Source: a virus
Direction: 5' to 3' (one strand)
DNA: 6,008 nucleotides
Virus record (IMG/VR): IMGVR_UViG_3300045988_007017
Coordinates: 1-6,008 of that record
The notes below the pieces were generated by a model. That model had not been told where the DNA came from. It was given only the letters and a program-made list of their open reading frames with translations, and ran no database searches. Numbering within the stretch: the first letter of the stretch is position 1; each line of letters begins with the position of its first letter. The position numbers and the translations under genes are program-made. Positions 1-4,864 of the stretch are shown here, piece after piece.

Positions 1-55
1 AACGTGCCTGTTGCGTTGCTTCGCATTAGGCCGCTTACCCGGTTTGGTTTCATTC
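1..55. repeat. Terminal redundancy, copy 1 (identical to 5954..6008); marks a circular molecule
   Basis: Base-by-base identity of aacgtgcctgttgcgttgcttcgcattaggccgcttacccggtttggtttcattc at both window ends. It lies inside the capsid ORF, which stays in frame when the copies are merged. Confidence 0.97.
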
Positions 56-1484
56 TGTAATCAGCCCAGGCCTCTTGGTAGCCGAACGTCTCTTCATCAG
101 TTGACGTGCCGGTCAACATGATTTCTTTCTTCTTTACAGGCTGTTCGCCCAGATTTGCAAACTGAGGTACATAGTAGTCCAGCCTGTCGGTTCTGCTCCA
201 GAAACGTTCAAGTCCCTGCTGGTACGTTCTGCTGTGGCGCACGCACAATACACCGATTACAAATCCGTGTTCCTCAAAGCTCTTCGTGAAGGAGCTTTCG
301 CTGATAGGCGTTACTGACATTGCACCCGTTTCGCCAATAGGCGTATCGTTTTCACTCTGCTGTCCGCTTGTCTGTACGATTTGGTTCATTCCAATTCGGT
401 AGCGTCCACCGCCAAGGTATTCCGGGATTTGTGCCGTTTTGTCGCTGATGGTTACATCCCATAGTGCCTGTATCTGTTCACGGTATCGGCTGCCTCCTCT
501 TGCAAGTGCTTCGTAGTACTGTTGCACTGCAATGGCGTTTCTCAGCTCGTTGATGGTTGTTGCGGTTACGGTGCTGAGGTCTGCGTATACATATCCATTG
601 CCGATTTCTCCATTAGTTTTGTCTGTTCCACCGTACAAGAGTTGCTGTTTTCCGCTTACTGGGTTTGTGGCGTAATTTAAACTTCCGGCCGCGTTAGACG
701 TCTGCGTTTTTCCTAAAACAAATTCCAGAGTTCCGTAGGGTACATCATATTCGTTGGAACTTCTCAGTGCTATTGGTGCGTTTCCGGTCATCGGAATTGT
801 CACTTCTGGCCCGCGCTGCGGATAAGGCAAACAGCTTGAGAAGTAGTCGTGAAAACGGTTCACAGGAAGACACCGGCCTCCTGTCACTGCTTCTCTAAGC
901 GTGCTTTCTATGCTTTCCGGTTCGTTGTCGCTGTATGTGACGTCATTGCTGTCTGTTTTTAGTACTGCTGCATTTTCTACGTTTTGGTCTCTGAAATATT
1001 CATTCCAGATCATGACATATGCACGGATTGGCAGCGCGTTTATTTTGAATTCGTTTTTGATTCCTGTTGGCACTCCCATGTAGTCTAGAATGCTTTTTTC
1101 TTTCGGCCCCGGATTTTTTGGTTCTGTTGTACCTGCTTCGATTTTGATTTTCGGTACGCTGTAGTTTTTGGTCGGCATCCATGCTTTGTCTTCTACTTCT
1201 CCCATGAACTTTTTGAAGTCGTCCCATAAGATTCTGTTCGGGCAGTAGAAGTAGTAGAAGTCGATGAATGCGTCATCCATGACCGGATACTTCGGTGTTG
1301 TCATGCGGATGATTGCGCTCGTATCGATTTGGAATGTGTCGCCCGGTAAAACCTCGTCTACAAAGAATGGAATGAGCTTACCGCTGTCGAACGTGGTCAG
1401 AATTGTCTGGTCACGGTTGAATCGTGTTCGGCTTGTGTGCATCTGCGGTACTTGCAAGAAGTGTCTTTCATTGTTTCTGTTCAT
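1..1484 (-). CDS. VP1: Major capsid protein VP1 (phiX174 F-like), 5' part: codons 1-494 of 559; continues across the circular junction into 5953..5758
   Basis: ATG at 1484..1482 is the first start after an in-frame TAA at 1496..1494 and overlaps the upstream stop as ATGA. I translated this frame by hand from 1484 to base 1 and found no stop. It joins the listed ORF 5758..6006 in frame. The ORF is absent from the track, probably because it runs off the window edge. Hallmark Microviridae capsid motifs (recalled from family alignments): RHFLQVPQ..SRTRFNRD..TTFDSGKLIPFFVDEVLPGDTF, LPYPQRG, TINELRNAIAVQQYYEALARGGSRY, GYQEAWADYR. SD GAAGGGAG lies upstream. Confidence 0.96.
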   Translation of the reverse strand, partial: MNRNNERHFLQVPQMHTSRTRFNRDQTILTTFDSGKLIPFFVDEVLPGDTFQIDTSAIIRMTTPKYPVMDDAFIDFYYFYCPNRILWDDFKKFMGEVEDKAWMPTKNYSVPKIKIEAGTTEPKNPGPKEKSILDYMGVPTGIKNEFKINALPIRAYVMIWNEYFRDQNVENAAVLKTDSNDVTYSDNEPESIESTLREAVTGGRCLPVNRFHDYFSSCLPYPQRGPEVTIPMTGNAPIALRSSNEYDVPYGTLEFVLGKTQTSNAAGSLNYATNPVSGKQQLLYGGTDKTNGEIGNGYVYADLSTVTATTINELRNAIAVQQYYEALARGGSRYREQIQALWDVTISDKTAQIPEYLGGGRYRIGMNQIVQTSGQQSENDTPIGETGAMSVTPISESSFTKSFEEHGFVIGVLCVRHSRTYQQGLERFWSRTDRLDYYVPQFANLGEQPVKKKEIMLTGTSTDEETFGYQEAWADYRMKPNRVSGLMRSNATGT

Positions 1485-1891
1485 TCTGCCGTTTTACTCC
1501 CTTCCGCTGGTTCTTCTTCTTGTTCTTCTTCTTGTGCTTTGCTCTGTTCTTCCAGCTCTTTGAGCTTCATTGCGTTTACCTGTGCCGTCGCGACCATCTT
1601 GTGATACTCGTGGATGTTTTGCGGCCATTCCGTGATATCCATTTCTGTGCCGTTCATAGCGCCTTGTGATAGGCTTTTCAGGAATTCCGGGTCGAAACTT
1701 GCTTTCCGAACAATGTTTTTGATGTCACATTCGTCCGCATAGCTTTCGATTTCCTGTTGGATGTCAATTGGTTCAGTCTCTTGCAATACTTCCTCGCCTT
1801 TTTCGTCCTTTGTCCAGACGTATTGCCTTCGCAGTTTTTCGCCTGAATTCGAAAAGAAGGGCTTTCGCCCTTCCTCGTATCGTTTATTCAT
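1481..1891 (-). CDS. VP3: Internal scaffolding protein VP3-like (136 aa from ATG 1891; ORF stays open to ATG 1945 = 154 aa)
   Basis: ATG 1891 has GGGAGGG 9 nt upstream. ATG 1945 has no SD and would overlap the upstream gene by 62 nt. The protein is acidic and helical, with YADECDIKNIVRK (resembles the E-x-D-I-N-x-I motif I recall in gokushovirus VP3) and an acidic tail EEQSKAQEEEQEEEPAEG. Its stop overlaps the capsid start (ATGA, 1484..1481), which suggests coupled scaffold and coat synthesis. Confidence 0.65.
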   Translation of the reverse strand: MNKRYEEGRKPFFSNSGEKLRRQYVWTKDEKGEEVLQETEPIDIQQEIESYADECDIKNIVRKASFDPEFLKSLSQGAMNGTEMDITEWPQNIHEYHKMVATAQVNAMKLKELEEQSKAQEEEQEEEPAEGSKTAE

Positions 1892-2123
1892 TCGGCTTGC
1901 CCTCCCATACTTTTTCTTTGTTGTTGAGAAATTCGCCGGATTCATCGTTGAATGCTGCTAACCGGTAGCCGATGTAATCCTGCGGACTCTGCCCGATGAA
2001 TGTCTTCTCGTCTTTTTCCATCACGTTGCACATACGCGCAAACGTTTTATCGTTTTTGCTTTCGCCTACCCATGCGTAGCATTTTGCTACGTTATCCCAG
2101 ATGCCGTAATACAGATGTTCCAT
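1884..2123 (-). CDS. VP5: VP5-like small non-structural protein (79 aa)
   Basis: ATG 2123 is preceded by GAGAGGAG. The segment SPQDYIGYRLAAFNDESGEF resembles the P-E-D-Y-x-L-x-x-x-G-x-F-D-x-x-T-G signature I recall for gokushovirus ORF5/VP5. The N-terminus MEHLYYGIWDNVAKCY fits the same family pattern. The coding call is solid, but the family call is from memory only. Confidence 0.6.
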   Translation of the reverse strand: MEHLYYGIWDNVAKCYAWVGESKNDKTFARMCNVMEKDEKTFIGQSPQDYIGYRLAAFNDESGEFLNNKEKVWEGKPNE

Positions 2124-2140
2124 TGTTTTTTTCTCCTCTC

Positions 2141-2263
2141 TTACAGTCGGATGCCGCCCCGCATGGGCTTTTGGCTGAGGTTAATCGTTTTGGTCTTTCG
2201 AGCTGTTACGTTGAACATCCGGCGGTCTTTTGCGCCGTTCATCTTCTTACGATGTTGCGCCAT
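2141..2263 (-). CDS. VP8: Small basic DNA-binding/packaging protein (phiX174 J / gokushovirus ORF8-like), 40 aa
   Basis: Not in the ORF track (under 60 aa). Hand translation gives MAQHRKKMNGAKDRRMFNVTARKTKTINLSQKPMRGGIRL, stop TAA 2143..2141. It has 11 Arg/Lys in 40 aa. The C-terminal MRGGIRL matches the MRGGIR(F/L) ending I recall for chlamydiaphage/gokushovirus ORF8 proteins. Strong SD GAAGGGAG sits 7 nt before ATG 2263. An in-frame ATG at 2242 would give a 33-aa version. It overlaps the 3' end of the 75-aa ORF by 17 nt. Confidence 0.7.
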   Translation of the reverse strand: MAQHRKKMNGAKDRRMFNVTARKTKTINLSQKPMRGGIRL

Positions 2264-2474
2264 CGTTATACTCCCTTCTGATTAGCTCCATTTCGATTGT
2301 GTTTGCAAAACTTTTCATCTGCCATATTTCATCCAGCAGTTTCTTTGCGTCTTGGATGCTGGTTACTTTGCGCAGCATTTTGTATTCACTATCGATTTCC
2401 TTGTACTTTCGAGTTAGCAATTCTTCAAGCGCTTTTTTGGTCTGGTCTCTTACGTTCCATGTTTTGTTCATCAT
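2247..2474 (-). CDS. Hypothetical protein, 75 aa, Lys/Glu-rich, predicted helical
   Basis: ATG 2474 is preceded by GAGGAG (GAGGAGTAAACCATG). It starts 3 nt after the stop of the 40-aa ORF, on the same strand as all the other genes. I recognise no motif. Confidence 0.6.
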   Translation of the reverse strand: MMNKTWNVRDQTKKALEELLTRKYKEIDSEYKMLRKVTSIQDAKKLLDEIWQMKSFANTIEMELIRREYNDGATS

Positions 2475-2477
2475 GGT

Positions 2478-2600
2478 TTACTCCTCTTTTTCTTCGTTGA
2501 TGCTATCGTGCAGTGCATGGTAGATTTCGTCCAGCTTTTCCAAAATCTGCATCATGAGGCGAATTGCCTGCTTGACGTCTTTAATAGAAATAAGCGCCAT
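2478..2600 (-). CDS. Hypothetical micro-protein, 40 aa (MALISIKDVKQAIRLMMQILEKLDEIYHALHDSINEEKEE)
   Basis: Not in the ORF track (under 60 aa). ATG 2600 lies 1 nt after the peptidase stop (TAA-A-ATG). SD AAAGGGGGT lies 5 nt upstream. It exactly fills the gap between two supported genes. It looks like a single amphipathic helix with an acidic tail. Confidence 0.5.
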   Translation of the reverse strand: MALISIKDVKQAIRLMMQILEKLDEIYHALHDSINEEKEE

Positions 2601-2601
2601 T

Positions 2602-2994
2602 TTATACCCCCTTTCTGTATTTTTTGCCGCTTCGTACATCAAAGTGTACCCAACTTTTGTATACGATAATGCCGCATTCGTCCGGGATGATTTTATTCAG
2701 TTCGTTGGCAACCTGTTTTGCGGTCATTCCTTCAACCCGGATATCTGCTGCCATGCCGCGCATATGGTAGCTGTATTTTGCTCCATCGCATTTTTTGTTC
2801 CACTCTGGTGTCCTGTATCCGCTGTTTATGTATACCGGCTTTTTGACTTGGTTTCTGAGGATATCTAGAATGGATACTAGGTAGTCGTCTATAAAAACTA
2901 CTTGTGAACCGTCCTTGCACGCAAATTCTCGTACTTTAAAGTGCTGTCCTACTTTTTCGTTTGCGTCTGTATTCATGATATAGCACTTAATCAT
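2602..2994 (-). CDS. Zinc cell-wall peptidase, Peptidase_M15 family (M15_3 / MepK-type fold), 130 aa; probable endolysin
   Basis: FKVREFACKDG ... INSGYRTPEWNKKCDGAKYSYHMRGMAADI ... WVHFDVR. This is the SGYR..N..S-x-H-x-x-G-x-A-x-D plus V-H-x-D pattern, with probable Zn ligands H77, D84 and H117 of LAS/M15 peptidases. ATG 2994; an alternative in-frame ATG is at 2976. There is no hydrophobic N-terminal signal sequence. Confidence 0.88.
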   Translation of the reverse strand: MIKCYIMNTDANEKVGQHFKVREFACKDGSQVVFIDDYLVSILDILRNQVKKPVYINSGYRTPEWNKKCDGAKYSYHMRGMAADIRVEGMTAKQVANELNKIIPDECGIIVYKSWVHFDVRSGKKYRKGV

Positions 2995-2999
2995 TTTCG

Positions 3000-3185
3000 T
3001 TAATTCTCTTTTTCGGTGAAGTACATTTCTACTTCTTCAATTTTGTATAGTGAATAGATTCCTTCGTGTTCGTTTGCGTATTTTCTTGCTATTTGTTTTG
3101 CGCTTTTTGGTTCATCGTTGATTCTTAATACTGTGGTTATGCTATCGTTAGCGTTTAATTTTCTCAGTTCGTATCTGTGCTTCAT
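3000..3185 (-). CDS. Hypothetical protein, 61 aa; first gene after the promoters
   Basis: The track lists 3000..3194 starting at GTG. ATG 3185 is the better start because AAGGCGGTG (8/9 match to AAGGAGGTG) ends 6 nt upstream of it, and the GTG lies inside that SD. The protein is hydrophilic: MKHRYELRKLNANDSITTVLRINDEPKSAKQIARKYANEHEGIYSLYKIEEVEMYFTEKEN. I recognise no motif. Confidence 0.6.
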   Translation of the reverse strand: MKHRYELRKLNANDSITTVLRINDEPKSAKQIARKYANEHEGIYSLYKIEEVEMYFTEKEN

Positions 3186-3211
3186 CTTTAGCACCGCCTT
3201 TCTCTGACTCT

Positions 3212-3240
3212 ATTATACCATCTGTCAATAGGCTTTTCAA
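3212..3240 (-). promoter_or_regulatory. Sigma70/SigA-type promoter P2: TTGAAA-17 nt-(TGg)TATAAT
   Basis: Minus-strand reading: caaaaaaca-TTGAAA(3240..3235)-agcctattgacagaTGg-TATAAT(3217..3212). The -10 is perfect, extended -10 TG is at 3220..3219, the spacer is 17 nt, and there is an A-tract upstream. The predicted start near 3205 lies just upstream of the SD of the 61-aa ORF. Confidence 0.7.
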
Positions 3241-3426
3241 TGTTTTTTGATAGTTGTAATAATTTTGTAATTCTCTTTCTGGTCGCTTTAAGGCTCCAGC
3301 TCCCTTATGAGCATTTCTGGTCACTTGGGTTCACTGTTGTTCCGGTCTATCCGGTTTCTTTGCCAGCCGCCTATTTGGCATTCGCTGGACGTTTTGAGGA
3401 GCTTCCCGGTCCCCCTTCGTGATTCT

Positions 3427-3455
3427 ATTTTAGCATCTTTTTTTCTGCTTGTCAA
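3427..3455 (-). promoter_or_regulatory. Sigma70/SigA-type promoter P1: TTGACA-17 nt-TAAAAT
   Basis: Minus-strand reading: caaaccaaaaaaaca-TTGACA(3455..3450)-agcagaaaaaaagatgc-TAAAAT(3432..3427). The -35 is perfect, the spacer is 17 nt and the -10 matches 5/6. It shares the module AAAAAACATTGA(C/A)A with P2. Confidence 0.62.
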
Positions 3456-3523
3456 TGTTTTTTTGGTTTGAATGGCGCTTTAGCGCTCTGCCGTGTGGAG
3501 CGTATGCGGAACTCGGCTGGTCA

Positions 3524-3549
3524 CCATTTTCGGGAACTCCCGAAAATGG
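3524..3549. repeat. Perfect inverted repeat / hairpin (12-nt arms) in the non-coding region
   Basis: ccattttcggga-ac-tcccgaaaatgg. On the plus strand it is followed by cttccttttta, which is terminator-like for plus-sense transcription only. It is flanked by direct repeats tttagcgctCtgc (3479..3491) and tttagcgctGtgc (3557..3569). A smaller hairpin gcgctc/gagcgt lies at 3483..3503. Confidence 0.8.
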
Positions 3550-3620
3550 CTTCCTTTTTAGCGCTGTGCGCGTTTATGCCGTTTTATTATATAACTTGTT
3601 GTAGGAGTAGTAGTAGGCTC

Positions 3621-3795
3621 TGTTGAAATGTTGAATATCTTTAAATTTTAACGTTGTGTTGTGGTTTTTTGTTTTAAAATGTTGTTGAAAGTTTTGTTGA
3701 TAACTTGTTGAATTGTTGAATGTTCGTCATTATGACGGATTTTATTGTGCACTTTTATGTTGAAAACCTGTTGAAAGTGTTGAAAGCGTTGAAAA
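3621..3795. repeat. Iteron-like array: nine exact GTTGAA (mostly TGTTGAA[A/T]) plus one GTTGAT, all in the same orientation
   Basis: GTTGAA starts at 3622, 3630, 3684, 3707, 3715, 3759, 3770, 3779 and 3788; GTTGAT starts at 3696. The last four are spaced 11, 9 and 9 nt apart. Two clusters flank a small hairpin ttcgtca-tta-tgacgga (3723..3739). An 11-nt exact direct repeat ATAACTTGTTG occurs at 3591..3601 and 3700..3710. Only 3 C occur in plus-strand 3621..3720. Confidence 0.85.
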
Positions 3796-3834
3796 CTAAA
3801 ATAGCCCAGTACTTACTTGATAGGTACTGGGCTA
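3791..3834 (-). terminator. Rho-independent terminator downstream of VP4 (end of the transcription unit)
   Basis: Minus-strand reading after the VP4 stop: cggtgtcacc-TAGCCCAGTAC-ctatcaagtaa-GTACTGGGCTA-TTTTAGTTTTC. This is an 11-bp perfect GC-rich stem (3834..3824 / 3812..3802) followed by a U-rich tract. Confidence 0.72.
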
Positions 3835-3844
3835 GGTGACACCG

Positions 3845-4864
3845 TTAGAGTGTCCCTTTCTTTTTCATCTGCTTCTTGATCACTCTTTCTTTCGTTTTAC
3901 ACTGTTCTGCAAAGTCTGTGTTTTCGTACTTTAGTCTGTTTTCTGCTATGGCTGCTGCTTGTCTGTTCTGTTTAATTCTCCACAACCTTTGCGGGTTTTC
4001 TGCCTCCATCATTTTTTCATAATAACGTGGAATTTGTGCGTGCTTGCCGTTTGTGCATTGGATATATCCTTGTCGCCAGATCTCGGCTTTGTGCTCTTGA
4101 TAATAGTGATCGCCTAAACCCGGTTTGAGGCTCATACATGCGAATGGTTTTGTTTGCCCTAGCTCGTAGTATGCATTTGCTTTTTGACCGTCTATCTCAT
4201 ACATTTTTTTTGTGACGTATCCTGCAACATATCTATATGTTTCTGGCACTGCTTGCGCTATCTGTATTTGACCCATGCCCCATAGGTTTTCTAGCCATTT
4301 ACTTGTAAAGTATCCGTTGTGTTGTATCTTGTATAGGTGTTCTAGATCTGTTGGTTGCCATCCATACAGTATCATGTGATAATGCGGTCTTGCTGTCTGT
4401 TCTCCGTATTCTCCCGCTACAAAATAGCGTAGTTTGCCCCTATAAGCCTTTCTGAGACGTTTTAAGAATTTTTGAATGTCAGTATATAGCAACGTTTGGA
4501 CGCTTTCAGGGCGCTTCTCTCCCGGTTTCCAGATGTATTGTACTTTTCGCATGATTTCGCCTGTGTTTATTATCATGCCCGGTACATGATCATCATCATA
4601 GGTTAGTGTGATAAACCAAACTTCTTCTCTTGGGTAGTCTCGTGCTTCTAATTCTATTCGTGTTGTCCAGTCCTCCCTTTGTCTTATTCTGCATCCGATA
4701 CATTGTCCACATGGTATCAACATGACATTTTTTTTGTACATCAGGTCTTCATATTTTAGCTGTCTCCCCACTAACTGAGAATAGCGGGAGAGTGAATACA
4801 CCCTCCCGCTAATGTTTTTGTCGTTAGGGTTGTACAGCCGTATTAACGGCTTGTAGCAACTCAT
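3845..4864 (-). CDS. VP4: Rolling-circle replication initiator VP4 (phiX174 gene A-like, HUH endonuclease), 339 aa
   Basis: Motif I is FITLTY (aa 84-89). Motif II (HUH) is RPHYHMILYG (H161, H163; nt 4384..4376). Motif III is RYVAGYVTKK with twin tyrosines Y212/Y216, as I recall for phiX174 A (YVAKYVNK). There is also a Cys cluster, PCGQCIGCR, near the N-terminus. ATG 4864 directly abuts the VP2 stop (TAAATG). SD AAGGAGGCGGAGG lies upstream. Confidence 0.95.
   Translation of the reverse strand: MSCYKPLIRLYNPNDKNISGRVYSLSRYSQLVGRQLKYEDLMYKKNVMLIPCGQCIGCRIRQREDWTTRIELEARDYPREEVWFITLTYDDDHVPGMIINTGEIMRKVQYIWKPGEKRPESVQTLLYTDIQKFLKRLRKAYRGKLRYFVAGEYGEQTARPHYHMILYGWQPTDLEHLYKIQHNGYFTSKWLENLWGMGQIQIAQAVPETYRYVAGYVTKKMYEIDGQKANAYYELGQTKPFACMSLKPGLGDHYYQEHKAEIWRQGYIQCTNGKHAQIPRYYEKMMEAENPQRLWRIKQNRQAAAIAENRLKYENTDFAEQCKTKERVIKKQMKKKGTL

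Noticed and set aside
1000-1227. Minus-strand alternative-frame ORF (75 aa, basic) inside VP1; similar cases at 2732..2920 (inside the peptidase) and 5526..5849 (across the VP1-VP2 spacer)
   Set aside because: They are embedded out of frame in strongly supported genes and lack an SD. Their composition is an artefact of A/G-rich codons, and the last one would have to be translated through the terminator hairpin.
1892-1945. Longer 154-aa form of the VP3-like protein starting at ATG 1945
   Set aside because: There is no SD, it overlaps the VP5-like gene by 62 nt, and the extra 18 aa (MNPANFSTTKKKYGRASR) add nothing recognisable. This is kept as an alternative and is not formally excluded.
901-2868. 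Plus-strand ORFs of 60-104 aa (901..1083, 1264..1563, 1424..1669, 1761..1961, 1768..1968, 2000..2281, 2230..2523, 2297..2500, 2554..2868), many of them very hydrophobic
   Set aside because: All lie antisense to well-supported minus-strand genes. The plus strand is T-rich, so open frames automatically encode Phe/Leu/Ser/Cys-rich pseudo-hydrophobic peptides. I saw no SD or promoter signals, and Microviridae encode all genes on one strand.
3186-3194. GTG start at 3194 listed by the ORF track for the first gene
   Set aside because: The GTG is part of the SD-like AAGGCGGTG. The in-frame ATG at 3185 sits at proper spacing from it.
3331-3381. 16-aa minus-strand ORF (MPNRRLAKKPDRPEQQ) in the P1-P2 leader; also a check of this region for tRNA-like structure
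   Set aside because: There is no SD upstream and no recognisable motif. The basic J-like role is already filled by the 2141..2263 gene. No T-loop or cloverleaf signature is evident.
3586-3591. Perfect TATAAT on the minus strand (caagttaTATAATaaaac)
   Set aside because: No acceptable -35 lies 16-18 nt upstream (tactac/ctacta) and there is no TG extension. P1 and P2 are far better matches.
3621-3795. Possibility that the GTTGAA repeat array is a CRISPR array or that its TTGAAA cores are plus-strand -35 boxes
   Set aside because: The repeats are only 6-8 nt with irregular 2-48 nt gaps, so this is not a CRISPR architecture. I checked 16-18 nt downstream of each TTGAAA on the plus strand and found no -10-like hexamer at a valid spacing.
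3815-3822. ACTTGATA in the loop of the 3802..3834 hairpin matches 8 nt of the phiX174 origin core as I recall it (CAACTTG/ATATTAATAAC); AACTTG also occurs at 3593 and 3702
   Set aside because: The match is on the window plus strand, which is the non-coding complementary strand, whereas microvirus Rep nicks the gene-sense viral strand. An 8-mer match in about 12 kb of two-strand sequence is not far from chance. The hairpin is adequately explained as the VP4 terminator.
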